A stretch of DNA of 64,000 bases, taken from Sedimentisphaerales bacterium (GTDB taxonomy: Bacteria > Planctomycetota > Phycisphaerae > Sedimentisphaerales > SM23-30). The stretch lies in assembly GCA_963663805.2 (NCBI GenBank), contig CAXXMR010000002.1, forward strand, positions 64,001 to 128,000. The letters run 5' to 3'. A program made the translations under genes and the position numbers. Positions 11,112 through 21,660 of this stretch are shown here, one piece after another (positions within the stretch are counted from its first letter, which is position 1; each line of letters begins with the position of its first letter). The notes beneath the pieces are model-generated. The model was not told the DNA's origin, ran no database searches, and was given only the letters and a program-made list of their open reading frames with translations.

Positions 11112-12743
11112 ATGAACAGAAAAGTCATCAACCCACACGAAGCAAAAGAAGAGCTGCTGAAACAATATCCATCCAAGGTCGCCCGTAAGAGAGCGGGGCA
11201 GATTGTTGTCAACCAGCCGAACGCGGAAGGCTGTGTTCCGGAGATTAAGGCCAATGTCAGGACAACTCCGGGGATTATTACTCAACGCGGATGCTCTTAC
11301 GCTGGCTGCAAGGGTGTAGTGCTGGGGCCCACACGTGACATTGTTAATATAACACACGGGCCTATCGGTTGTGGATATTATTCCTGGCTTACCCGCCGCA
11401 ATCAGACCAGGACTCAGGCTGACGAAGACCCTAATTTTATGACTTACTGCTTCTCTACCGATATGCAGGATGAGGAGATTATTTTCGGCGGCGAAAAGAA
11501 ACTCAAAGCCGCTATTCAAGAAGCCTATGACATTTTCAAACCAAAATCTATCGGCATATTCGCTACCTGCCCCGTGGGATTGATTGGCGATGATATTCAC
11601 GCGGTCTCGCGCGAGATGAAGGAAAAACTCGGCATTAACGTTTTTGGTTTCAGTTGTGAAGGCTATAAGGGCGTCAGTCAGTCCGCGGGCCACCATATCG
11701 CTAATAACCAACTATTCAAACATGTGATTGGACGGGACGAGAGTATGCCCGAAGGCAAGTTTAAAATCAACATGCTGGGCGAATATAATATTGGCGGCGA
11801 CGCGTTTATTATCGAAGAACTGCTCAACAAATGCGGCATTACCCTGCACGCCAGTTTCAGCGGCAATTCGACCATAAGCGGTTTTGAGAATTCTCAGCAG
11901 GCTGACCTGAATTGCGTGATGTGCCACAGGTCAATCAATTATGTTGCCGATATGCTGGAGACTAAATACGGCATACCGTGGATTAAAGTTAACTATATAG
12001 GCGCAAACGCAACGGCTAAATCACTGCGGAAGACGGCAGCATATTTTGAGGATAAAGAGCTCGCCCAAACCGTTGAAGATGTTATTGACGCGGAAATGGA
12101 AGAAGTGCGTAAGGTCGCCGAGGACGTAAAGTCCCGCTGCGAAGGCAAGCTGGCGATGTTGTTTGTCGGCGGCAGTCGGGCCCATCATTACCAGGAGCTC
12201 TTTGCGGAAATCGGCATGAAAACGGTGGCAGCGGGTTATGAGTTTGCCCATCGCGACGACTACGAAGGCCGTAAAGTTCTGCCTGACATCAAAATCGACG
12301 CCGACAGCCGTAATATCGAAGAACTCAGCGTCGAGGCTGACCCGGAACATTACAACCCCCGCAAGAGCGCTGCTGAATTAGCGTCCCTGGAAAAAAGCGG
12401 CCTGAAGTTCAAAGATTACGACGGTATGATGCCTGAAATGGAACATCAGACCCTGGTGGTTGACGATATCAGTCATTACGAAAGCGAAAAACTGATTGAA
12501 ATGTATAAGCCTGACATCTTCTGTGCAGGTATTAAAGAGAAATACGCCATCCAGAAAGGCGGTACACCGTGTTTGCAATTGCACAGTTATGACTACGGCG
12601 GACCGTTTGCCGGATTTCAGGGTGCTATTAATTTCTATCGCACTATTGATCGCATGGTGAACGCTAAAATCTGGGAGTTTGTGGAAGCTCCCTGGCAGAA
12701 AACCGCCCGGCCGGAACTGGACGCGGAACTGGCAAACATATAA
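11112..12743 (+). CDS. nifD: Mo-nitrogenase MoFe protein alpha chain NifD (group II)
   Basis: P-cluster Cys in RGCSYAGC, HGPIGC, TCPVGLIGDD; SQSAGHH; FeMoco ligands VMCHRS and LHSYDY; group II insertion around DADSRNIEEL. Start at ATG 11112 after GAGG. Confidence 0.97.
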   Translation: MNRKVINPHEAKEELLKQYPSKVARKRAGQIVVNQPNAEGCVPEIKANVRTTPGIITQRGCSYAGCKGVVLGPTRDIVNITHGPIGCGYYSWLTRRNQTRTQADEDPNFMTYCFSTDMQDEEIIFGGEKKLKAAIQEAYDIFKPKSIGIFATCPVGLIGDDIHAVSREMKEKLGINVFGFSCEGYKGVSQSAGHHIANNQLFKHVIGRDESMPEGKFKINMLGEYNIGGDAFIIEELLNKCGITLHASFSGNSTISGFENSQQADLNCVMCHRSINYVADMLETKYGIPWIKVNYIGANATAKSLRKTAAYFEDKELAQTVEDVIDAEMEEVRKVAEDVKSRCEGKLAMLFVGGSRAHHYQELFAEIGMKTVAAGYEFAHRDDYEGRKVLPDIKIDADSRNIEELSVEADPEHYNPRKSAAELASLEKSGLKFKDYDGMMPEMEHQTLVVDDISHYESEKLIEMYKPDIFCAGIKEKYAIQKGGTPCLQLHSYDYGGPFAGFQGAINFYRTIDRMVNAKIWEFVEAPWQKTARPELDAELANI

Positions 12744-12797
12744 CCTCTAAACGGTTTTTCCATCACCGACATAAACTAAATTACAGGAATTAAAACG

Positions 12798-14180
12798 ATG
12801 TTACTGAGACATACCCCCAAAGAAATCAGCGAGCGTAAAGCTTTAACAGTTAATCCCGCCAAAACCTGTCAGCCGATAGGTGCCATGTACGCTGCCTTAG
12901 GGATACACGGCTGTCTGCCGCACAGCCACGGCTCGCAGGGATGCTGTGCCTATCATCGCAGTGCCCTGACCCGCCATTATAAAGAGCCGGTTATGGCCGC
13001 GACCAGTTCGTTTACCGAAGGCTCCTCGGTTTTCGGCGGACAGAGCAACTTACTGCAGGCGATTAACAATATGTTTACCATTTACGAACCTGAAGTAATC
13101 GCTGTGCATACCACCTGCCTGAGCGAAACCATTGGCGACGATATTCCGCAGATTGTCGATAAGGCCGCCAGCAATGGTACGATCCCCAAGGGCAAATATG
13201 TAATTCACGCCAACACTCCCAGCTACGTCGGCAGTCACGTAACCGGTTTCTCCAACATGACCCGGGCAATGGTTACCTATTTTGCCGAACCATCCGAACA
13301 AAAACTGCGTACCGTCAATATCGTGCCCGGCTGGGTAGAGCCGTCTGACATGTCGCACATCAAAAACTTATGCAGGGAAATGGCAATCGATACTATCATG
13401 TTCCCTGATACTTCCGACGTCCTGAACGCCCCCCAGACCGGCAGGCACGAAATGTATCCCAAGGGCGGGGTCACTATCGACCAGCTAAAGAAAACCGGCA
13501 TGAGCCAGGCAACCATCGCTCTGGGCGAAACCACTTCTGCCGCGGCTGCCAAAGAGCTGGACTCCAAATGCAAAGTGCCTTACGAAATTCTTGATTTGCC
13601 AATCGGTTTATCAGCAACCGACCGTTTTATCGATACCCTGCGTAAAGTCGCAAGGGTCGAAGTGCCCCAGTCAATTACCAACTCGCGGGGTAAACTGGTG
13701 GATATGATTACCGATATGCACCAGTATTTCTACGGCAAACGAGTCGCGCTCTGGGGCGACCCGGACCAGTTGGTTGCCCTGACAGAATTCCTGGTCGATC
13801 TCGATATGAAACCGGTTTATATTGTCACCGGTTCGCCGGGCAAAAGATTTCTGGCCCGCATCGAAAAGGCCCTCCAGGGAAAGGTGCCCGAAGCCAAAGT
13901 CAAACAGGGCGCCCATGCCGATATGTTCCTGATGCATCAGTGGATTAAGAATGAGCCGGTAGACCTGCTCATCGGCAACACCTACGGTAAATATATCGCT
14001 CGCGACGAAGATATCCCGCTCATCAGACACGGCTTCCCAATCGTTGACCGGGTGGGACATTCATATTTCCCTTCGGTTGGCTATTGCGGCGCGATGCGGC
14101 TAATCGAAAAAATGCTCAACGCCATACTGGACCGTAAAGACCGCGATGCTTCGGAAGAAAGTTTTGAACTAACCATGTAA
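12798..14180 (+). CDS. nifK: Mo-nitrogenase MoFe protein beta chain NifK
   Basis: NPAKTCQPIGA, HGSQGCCAYHR, TTCLSETIGDD, TPSYVGSH, GFPIVDR; short N-terminus typical of group II. Confidence 0.97.
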   Translation: MLLRHTPKEISERKALTVNPAKTCQPIGAMYAALGIHGCLPHSHGSQGCCAYHRSALTRHYKEPVMAATSSFTEGSSVFGGQSNLLQAINNMFTIYEPEVIAVHTTCLSETIGDDIPQIVDKAASNGTIPKGKYVIHANTPSYVGSHVTGFSNMTRAMVTYFAEPSEQKLRTVNIVPGWVEPSDMSHIKNLCREMAIDTIMFPDTSDVLNAPQTGRHEMYPKGGVTIDQLKKTGMSQATIALGETTSAAAAKELDSKCKVPYEILDLPIGLSATDRFIDTLRKVARVEVPQSITNSRGKLVDMITDMHQYFYGKRVALWGDPDQLVALTEFLVDLDMKPVYIVTGSPGKRFLARIEKALQGKVPEAKVKQGAHADMFLMHQWIKNEPVDLLIGNTYGKYIARDEDIPLIRHGFPIVDRVGHSYFPSVGYCGAMRLIEKMLNAILDRKDRDASEESFELTM

Positions 14181-14209
14181 ACGCGATTATTATAAATAGG
14201 AGTTAATCA

Positions 14210-14512
14210 ATGCAAAAACCTAAATATCATTTTTTCATCTGTAACAGTTTCCGCATGAGCGGCGAGCCGCAGGGAGTTTGCAATAAAAAGGATGCGCCGG
14301 CACTATTACAATATCTCGAAGAGGAAATTCTCGACCGCGGGCTCGATGCCATGGTCTCCAGCACCGGTTGTCTAAAATTGTGCGAAAAAGGCCCGGTCAT
14401 GGTCATTTACCCGCAGGCACACTGGTACGGCGAAATAACCGAGGAGAAAATCGACCAGATCCTTGATGCCCTGGAAGATGACTCCGCAGTCGAAAATTAC
14501 CTGATATGTTAA
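14210..14512 (+). CDS. Thioredoxin-like [2Fe-2S] ferredoxin (nif-associated)
   Basis: HFFICN...QGVC...STGCLKLCEKGPVMVIYP..WY. Confidence 0.9.
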   Translation: MQKPKYHFFICNSFRMSGEPQGVCNKKDAPALLQYLEEEILDRGLDAMVSSTGCLKLCEKGPVMVIYPQAHWYGEITEEKIDQILDALEDDSAVENYLIC

Positions 14513-14563
14513 TACGGCCTGTCACTTCTACCTGCAAATCCAGAACATTGGTAATCAAAAGTT

Positions 14564-17500
14564 TTAGCGTATAGTGTATTGTTCGCTAATAACATTGTCC
14601 GTCATGGGGTCTATCACAATATGCATTATTTCACCATTGGGACAGTACCAGGTAACCTCTCTTTTCTGCATGGCATCTGTCCGCGAGGGAATGCCCTCGC
14701 CATAGATCTCAATATCCGGAGCCTGAGTGATTTCACCGTCAAGGGAAATAGCCCAGATATCAATAATAGCGTAAGTTTCCTGAGCAGCTAAATCAGTATC
14801 GGAACGGGTCATTCCCCAAAACGTAATGTTATCATCTGTAGTCACCGCAGGGGTACATTGATCGGTTATGGGAATCACGCTTAAACTAATCGTCCTGTCG
14901 GGATACTCCAGCAGGAGCTGTCGCGAATTCGGGTCCAAAGGTACATTGCTTATTGACGATGCAGTGTTATCGATAATCTTGAACACATCTGAAACATTTT
15001 CCCAAAAACCGTCAATTTGAGGCATAATCCTTACTATCAAAGCATTGCCGCCGTTTTGATAACTGTAGCTTCGGCCATAATATTGAGGATTGGTTGATCT
15101 TAAACTAACAGTAGCCCCTCTATAGTCGTTGGGATGGGCTCTATCCTCATCCTCGTCGGCGTATTTGGTTCGCCATTGCATAAAGATCCAATCGCCTTGC
15201 GGCTGCCAGAGAGCGACAGGGAAGCAGATACACGACAAACCCCAATCGGTCCATTCAATATCATCGAATAGCGGATATTTCGACATCGTCCCCAGACGGA
15301 TATCATGTTCAAGATTATAGGCCTGGGCTACTACTCCACCATAGCAGGGAACCGCTATATCTCTTTGAGAGGAGCCGGCAGACGGCTCGATTGCAGACCA
15401 GCCATGACCACGCGCTTCAGCATTCAGTAATAGTCTCTCCCGGAGAGTGTGTTCGGGTTCCGTAGGTGCGTATGAATCCCAGGGCTTCATATAGTAACGC
15501 TGACTATGTATAGGCATGGTTCCGGTAAGAGCATAACTGCGCAGGGCAGGCATTCTTCGGCCGCCGCCATAAATATCATCGATAAAGAACAATTCATCCA
15601 GCAGATCTTTATATTCCTGATAGCATTGACTGTCAGAATCATCGCTGGTCAACAATAAATATTCCGCGATCAACTCTATACAGACTTCCGAATAACCATC
15701 GCTAAGATGCTCGCCCCAGCCCCAATCATTATTTTTATAGTATTGAGCAGCTTCAAGCATCTTATCTTCAACCATGGCAACATTAGGATCTGATAACGAT
15801 AAGGACTCCTGAACCAGTTTGGCACAAAACAGGTTGCCCATATACATATTCGGATAGCGTAAGTACGAGTATGAAACTTGATAATAAAGATGCGGACGGA
15901 ATTTTAGAAGAAGATTATCAAGTAAAACCTGAGCACCCGAAGTCAATTCCGAACCATAAGAGTATTTCAGCCATAACAGAGCCCTGCACACAAAAAATGT
16001 CATATTACCATCGGTCGCAGCATCTTCATCATAATATGTTTTAATGGTACCAAAATCATTTGTCATATAGTCCAAGGCATTAAGAACATCCGCAACGTTT
16101 GAGTTATCAAGAAGGCTGTATCTGCCTGCCAGCAAAAGATTGACTGCGGAAATCCAGGATGAGCACAAGCGATCTTCGCCTACCGTCGTACTCCACAAAC
16201 CAATGGTATCATCCCATAGCAAATCACCGGCTTCAAGCCAGTCCCAGGTTGCTACCGGCTCAGGATTGAGAGTGGTTGGGTAGCCACTATTAATAACCCA
16301 GATATCATCAAAATCCCAGTCGGCATCGGTAAAGGTGGACTCGGTTTGCATCAATGCTGTTGTTTTACCGGTCGCATCGCCACCGCCCTGACCGATACCG
16401 GTTGCCAGACCGCTTGTTTGTGTGTCCCAGAAACAATCCGTGACAGTTCCGGCATAACGATAGCCCATAAATCCCCCCACGTTAGAACTGCCCGAAACAG
16501 CACCGGTTGAGTAGCAGTTGGCCACCGCTACAGTAGATAACCCAATCGCTCCGCCAATATCATTGCGACCGACAACATCACCCAGGGCATAACAATCCTG
16601 AGTAAGAGCCCCGGCCTGACCCATCAGACCACCGGCCCGATCAGCTACAGAACCGGCATCAACATCTCCGGTGGCATAACAGGAAGAAACCTCAGCCAAA
16701 CTCATCCCGATCAAACCACCCATGCAAATAAACCCGTATGTCGTGCCTGAGCCGGTATAGCTCACATCACCGGTGGCATAACAGTTTATAATAGACTCTG
16801 AGGTAATGTTCGCCTCTCCAACTAAACCACCAGTTCTGGAACCAGAACAGATTACATCACCTGAAGCGTATGAATCAGTTAAGCGAGAACTGCCATGCCA
16901 GCCGATCAGACCGCCGGCGTACCCCGCACTTGAAGAAACTGTTACAATTGTAGATTCGACGGTACCACTGGCGGAACAATCCCAGACATAAGCATTGTTC
17001 TGACCAATCAAGCCGCCAACGAAATTATTGGTTGCCGATACACCTACCGCGGCGGTACAGTCACTTACCGCATGTCCCTGCCCTGTCAGACCAATCAGGC
17101 CGCCAACATACATATAACCGGAAACACTCGTACTGGTAGGATCACTGTTTACTACATGGCAGTCTATAATACAACCATCACTGCGACCGACAAGAGAGCC
17201 TACGTATTCATCACCAGCTATATCAACATTTTCCAGTGTCAGATTCTCAACCACACCATTATTGTGAACACGTCCAAAAAGCCCCACATAATCACTCGAG
17301 CCTGTAATAGTTAGATCTTCAATGGTATATCCATTGCCGTCAAATACTCCGCAAAAACTACCTGCACTCGTATCAACAGGGGCTATTAACGCGCCCGAAT
17401 AGCTACCAACCAGAGTTATATCTTCTACTAATATATAATTGGCACCTACATTTTCGTTAACTTTAAGAAGCTGGTCTTCATTGGATATCTGCCAGGGCGA

Positions 17501-20500
17501 ACTCTCAGAGCCGTCGCCACCATAAAAATCAATAGTATATGCATTGTTAATTGGATATTGGCTATTGGTCGCCATTGGCATATACCAGTCATCATCGAAA
17601 TCCCAGTCAGCATCAGTAAAAGTAGATTCGGTTTGCATCAATGCTGTTGTCTTACCGATCGCATCACCGCTGCCCTGACCGATTCCGGTTGCTTGGCCGC
17701 TGGTCTGTGTGTCCCAGAAACAATCGTTAACCGTACCGGAATAACGCCAGCCCATAAAACCGCCCACTATCGAGTTGCCAGAGACCGCACCGGTCGAGTA
17801 GCAGCGAGTTACTCCTACAGTAGATAATCCAACCGCCCCGCCAATGATACCATCACCCGTAACAGAACCCCGGGCATAACAATCTTCGGTAAGAGCTCCG
17901 GCCTGACCCATCAGGCCGCCAGCGCGGTCACCTGGGCCACTGTCAACATCTCCGGTGGCATAACAGAAGGAAACTTCGGTTATACTCATCCCAATCAATC
18001 CACCAATATAGACACTTCCGGTTGAGCTGCCGGTATAGCTCACATCGCCAGCCGCATAACAGTTTATAATTGAATCGCCAGAACTGCTCGCTTCGCCCAC
18101 CAAACCGCCGGTTCTTACACCTGAGCTTATTACTTCGCCCAAAGCAAAGGAATCGATGATACTCGATGTGCCGTGCCAGCCGACAAGACCACCAACCTGC
18201 CCTTGAGTGGTGGAATTTATAGTAGATTCGACAGTACCACTCGCCGAGCAGTCTGAGACATAAGCATTATTCTGGCCTATTAAACCGCCAACGTGGTAAT
18301 TGCTTGCCGAGACGCCCACCGAGGCAGTACAGTCAATTACCGTGGCTGCCCCGGTCAGACCAATAAGTCCGCCAACATACACAGAGCCGGAAACACCGGT
18401 ACCGGCAGGATTATCATTAACCACATGGCAATCTTCAACATACCCCGCACTGCAGCCGGCCAGCGAGCCTGCGCATTCATCACCACCAACAGCAATATCT
18501 TCAAGCGTAAGATTTTTAACCACACCATCACTGTGAATATAACCAAAAAGACCAACAAAATCATTCGAGCCTGTAATCGTCAAATCTATAATTTTGTATC
18601 CATTGCCATCAAAAGTTCCTGAAAAACTGCCTGAACTCGTATCAACGGCGGCTATTAATGCATCCGAATAGCTGCCGATCAGATATATATCTGCCATTAA
18701 CATATAACTGGCACTTACATCTTCGTTTATTTTGAGAAGCTGGTCCTCATTTGATATAAGCCAGGGGTCGTCAGAGCTGCCGTCACCGTCATCAAAATCA
18801 ATAATATAATTTATCGGGTATTGGGAATTTGTCGCTATCGGCATAGACCAATCATCATCAAAATCCCAGTCAGCATCGGTAAAGGTAGATTCGGTTCTCA
18901 TCAAGACTGTTGTTTTACCGGTCGCATCACCACCGCCCTGACCAATTCCGGTTGCCAGACCGCTGGTCTGCGTGTCCCAGAAACAATCGTTGACCGAGCC
19001 GGAATAACGCCGACCCATAAAACCGCCTACTACTGAAGTGCCGGAGACTGCACCGGTCGAATAACAGTTAGTTACTTCTACTGTGGATAAGCCAACAGCC
19101 CCGCCAATATAAACATTGCCGCTAACATCACCCCGGGCATAACAACCTTCGGTAATATCACCGGCGTGACCCAGCAGACCACCGGCCCGACCGCCTGTAC
19201 CGCCATCAACATCTCCGGTGGCATAACAGGAATAAACCTCGCTCAAACTAATGCCGACCAAACCACCAATATAAACATCTCCGGTTGAAGTGCCGGTATA
19301 GCTTACATTACCGGTGGCATAACAGTTTGTAATGGAATCCCCGGAAGCGTTACCTTCACCTACCAGACCACCGGTTCTAACCCCGGAGCTTATGACTTCG
19401 CCGGTAGCAAAGGAATCGACGATGCTTGATGTACCGTGCCAGCCGACAAGACCACCGGTATGGCCCTGGGTGGTGGAAGTTATAGTACATTCGACAGTAC
19501 CGCTCGCCGAGCAGTCTGAGACATAAGCATTATTCTGGCCAATTAAACCGCCAACGTGGTAATTGCTTGCCGAGACACCTATTTCTGCGGCACAGTCACT
19601 TACAGTACCCGCTCCGGCCAGACCGATAAGGCCGCCAATATACATAGAGCCGGAAACATCCATACTGGTAATTTCATCATAGTTTATCACCCGACAGTTT
19701 TCAATATCGCCATCGCTGCGCCCAACAAGAGAACCAACACACACATCACCGACTATATCAACATTCTCCAATGTCAGATTTTCTATCGTGCCGCTACTGT
19801 GAACGCGTCCGAAAAGCCCGACATAATCATTCGAACCGCCGGAAATCACCAAGTCTATAATTCTATATCCATTGCCGTCAAATGTTCCGGAAAAACTATC
19901 GGTACCCGCATCATTAGCTGATATTAACGCATCCGAATAGCTGCCATAAATTTTTATGTCATTGATTAACACATAACAGGCACTTACATCTTCATTTACT
20001 TTAAGGAGCTGGTCCTCGTTGGATATCTGCCAGGGATCATTAGAGGTGCCATCCCCGCCGTCAAAATCTATAGCATACGCATTATTGATCGGGTAACCAT
20101 TATTTTCCGACATCGGCATAGACCAGTCGTTAACAAAATCCCAACCAGCGTTGGTAAAGGTGGATTGGGTTGTCATCGTATCCGATGGCAGACCTGATGG
20201 ACCCGGCACCGTCACAAGACCGGTCGCATCACCACCACCCTGACCGATTCCATAGTCTTCTGACATGTCGCTTGTTGATGTATCCCAGAAACAATCGTTG
20301 ACCGAGCCGGAATAACGCCGACCCATAAAACCGCCTACTACTGAAGTGCCGGAGACTGCACCGGTCGAATAACAGTTAGTTACTTCTACTGTGGATAAGC
20401 CAACAGCCCCGCCAATATAAACATTGCCGCTAACATCACCCCGGGCATAACAACCTTCGGTAATATCACCGGCGTGACCCAGCAGACCACCGGCCCGACC

Positions 20501-21442
20501 GCCTGTACCGCCATCAACATCTCCGGTGGCATAACAGGAATAAACCTCGCTCAAACTAATGCCGACCAAACCACCAATATAAACATCTCCGGTTGAAGTG
20601 CCGGTATAGCTTACATTACCGGTGGCATAACAGTTTGTAATGGAATCCCCGGAAGCGTTACCTTCACCTACCAGACCACCGGTTCTAACCCCGGAGCTTA
20701 TGACTTCGCCGGTAGCAAAGGAATCGACGATGCTTGATGTACCGTGCCAGCCGACAAGACCACCGACATGGCCCTGGGTGGTGGAAGTTATAGTACATTC
20801 GACAGTACCGCTCGCCGAGCAGTCTGAGACATAAGCATTATTCTGGCCAATTAAACCGCCAACGTGGTAATTGCTTGCCGAGACACCTATTTCTGCGGCA
20901 CAGTCACTTACAGTACCCGCTCCGGCCAGACCGATAAGGCCGCCAATATACATAGAGCCGGAAACATCCATACTGGTAATTTCATCATAGTTTATCACCC
21001 GACAGTTTTCAATATCGCCATCGCTGCGCCCAACAAGAGAACCAACACACACATCACCGACTATATCAACATTCTCCAATGTCAGATTTTCTATCGTGCC
21101 GCTACTGTGAACGCGTCCGAAAAGCCCGACATAATCATTCGAACCGCTGCTGATCGCCAGATCTATAATCGCATATCCATCGCCGTCAAATGTCCCGGAG
21201 AAACTATCCGTACCCGAATCATCGACAGAGATCAACGCATCCGAATAGCTGCCGGAAATATACACATCGCTAACCAATACATAACAGGCACTCACATCTT
21301 CGTTCACTTTAAGAAGCTGAGCCTCTGTGGATATTTGCCAGGGATTATTAGAACTGCCGTCACCGCCATCAAAATCAACGCCATGAACGCAGCTACATGC
21401 AACCAAAAGAACCATTAAATTCAAACATATCATTCTACTCAT
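14564..21442 (-). CDS. Large secreted GLUG-repeat (beta-helix) protein with four ~430-aa modules and an unassigned ~560-aa C-terminal domain
   Basis: Signal peptide; four modules each starting DF.GGDG/DGDG...PWxIS and ending W.F...W....YP; many GGLVG/GGLIG motifs. Confidence 0.85.
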   Translation of the reverse strand: MSRMICLNLMVLLVACSCVHGVDFDGGDGSSNNPWQISTEAQLLKVNEDVSACYVLVSDVYISGSYSDALISVDDSGTDSFSGTFDGDGYAIIDLAISSGSNDYVGLFGRVHSSGTIENLTLENVDIVGDVCVGSLVGRSDGDIENCRVINYDEITSMDVSGSMYIGGLIGLAGAGTVSDCAAEIGVSASNYHVGGLIGQNNAYVSDCSASGTVECTITSTTQGHVGGLVGWHGTSSIVDSFATGEVISSGVRTGGLVGEGNASGDSITNCYATGNVSYTGTSTGDVYIGGLVGISLSEVYSCYATGDVDGGTGGRAGGLLGHAGDITEGCYARGDVSGNVYIGGAVGLSTVEVTNCYSTGAVSGTSVVGGFMGRRYSGSVNDCFWDTSTSDMSEDYGIGQGGGDATGLVTVPGPSGLPSDTMTTQSTFTNAGWDFVNDWSMPMSENNGYPINNAYAIDFDGGDGTSNDPWQISNEDQLLKVNEDVSACYVLINDIKIYGSYSDALISANDAGTDSFSGTFDGNGYRIIDLVISGGSNDYVGLFGRVHSSGTIENLTLENVDIVGDVCVGSLVGRSDGDIENCRVINYDEITSMDVSGSMYIGGLIGLAGAGTVSDCAAEIGVSASNYHVGGLIGQNNAYVSDCSASGTVECTITSTTQGHTGGLVGWHGTSSIVDSFATGEVISSGVRTGGLVGEGNASGDSITNCYATGNVSYTGTSTGDVYIGGLVGISLSEVYSCYATGDVDGGTGGRAGGLLGHAGDITEGCYARGDVSGNVYIGGAVGLSTVEVTNCYSTGAVSGTSVVGGFMGRRYSGSVNDCFWDTQTSGLATGIGQGGGDATGKTTVLMRTESTFTDADWDFDDDWSMPIATNSQYPINYIIDFDDGDGSSDDPWLISNEDQLLKINEDVSASYMLMADIYLIGSYSDALIAAVDTSSGSFSGTFDGNGYKIIDLTITGSNDFVGLFGYIHSDGVVKNLTLEDIAVGGDECAGSLAGCSAGYVEDCHVVNDNPAGTGVSGSVYVGGLIGLTGAATVIDCTASVGVSASNYHVGGLIGQNNAYVSDCSASGTVESTINSTTQGQVGGLVGWHGTSSIIDSFALGEVISSGVRTGGLVGEASSSGDSIINCYAAGDVSYTGSSTGSVYIGGLIGMSITEVSFCYATGDVDSGPGDRAGGLMGQAGALTEDCYARGSVTGDGIIGGAVGLSTVGVTRCYSTGAVSGNSIVGGFMGWRYSGTVNDCFWDTQTSGQATGIGQGSGDAIGKTTALMQTESTFTDADWDFDDDWYMPMATNSQYPINNAYTIDFYGGDGSESSPWQISNEDQLLKVNENVGANYILVEDITLVGSYSGALIAPVDTSAGSFCGVFDGNGYTIEDLTITGSSDYVGLFGRVHNNGVVENLTLENVDIAGDEYVGSLVGRSDGCIIDCHVVNSDPTSTSVSGYMYVGGLIGLTGQGHAVSDCTAAVGVSATNNFVGGLIGQNNAYVWDCSASGTVESTIVTVSSSAGYAGGLIGWHGSSRLTDSYASGDVICSGSRTGGLVGEANITSESIINCYATGDVSYTGSGTTYGFICMGGLIGMSLAEVSSCYATGDVDAGSVADRAGGLMGQAGALTQDCYALGDVVGRNDIGGAIGLSTVAVANCYSTGAVSGSSNVGGFMGYRYAGTVTDCFWDTQTSGLATGIGQGGGDATGKTTALMQTESTFTDADWDFDDIWVINSGYPTTLNPEPVATWDWLEAGDLLWDDTIGLWSTTVGEDRLCSSWISAVNLLLAGRYSLLDNSNVADVLNALDYMTNDFGTIKTYYDEDAATDGNMTFFVCRALLWLKYSYGSELTSGAQVLLDNLLLKFRPHLYYQVSYSYLRYPNMYMGNLFCAKLVQESLSLSDPNVAMVEDKMLEAAQYYKNNDWGWGEHLSDGYSEVCIELIAEYLLLTSDDSDSQCYQEYKDLLDELFFIDDIYGGGRRMPALRSYALTGTMPIHSQRYYMKPWDSYAPTEPEHTLRERLLLNAEARGHGWSAIEPSAGSSQRDIAVPCYGGVVAQAYNLEHDIRLGTMSKYPLFDDIEWTDWGLSCICFPVALWQPQGDWIFMQWRTKYADEDEDRAHPNDYRGATVSLRSTNPQYYGRSYSYQNGGNALIVRIMPQIDGFWENVSDVFKIIDNTASSISNVPLDPNSRQLLLEYPDRTISLSVIPITDQCTPAVTTDDNITFWGMTRSDTDLAAQETYAIIDIWAISLDGEITQAPDIEIYGEGIPSRTDAMQKREVTWYCPNGEIMHIVIDPMTDNVISEQYTIR
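18975..21147. repeat. Near-identical intragenic direct repeat (~865 bp; 18975-19839 vs 20283-21147, offset 1308 bp)
   Basis: Direct comparison by eye. The only difference noticed is codon GTC vs ACC (HVG vs HTG). The duplicated shadow ORFs in the track agree. Confidence 0.9.
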
Positions 21443-21660
21443 AATAAAATTCCCTTCATTCTAGAAAGAACGTTGCTCACATGTATCAAAAATTTATTTA
21501 AGAAAACTCGACCTAACCCAAAACCTAGTTAAGCTGATATCTCAGGATGCAGACAGCGCATTGCCGACATTGTCGGTATTTCGTCCGGCATTGTAACGGC
21601 CATCAGATACCGCTTCAATTGATGAAAGACATGAAGGTTTGTATAAATCAGAGTTTTTTA

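Noticed and set aside
11112..14180. Alternative (V/Fe) nitrogenase or Nif-like reductase
   Set aside because: No vnfG/anfG between D and K; ligand motifs and the group II insertion fit Mo-NifDK
18975..21147. Diversity-generating retroelement TR/VR pair
   Set aside because: Both copies are in-frame parts of one gene, far too long, with no adenine-specific pattern and no reverse transcriptase in the window
21564..21576. Palindrome CCGACA-T-TGTCGG upstream of the GLUG gene as an operator
   Set aside because: Single short instance with no regulator nearby; insufficient support
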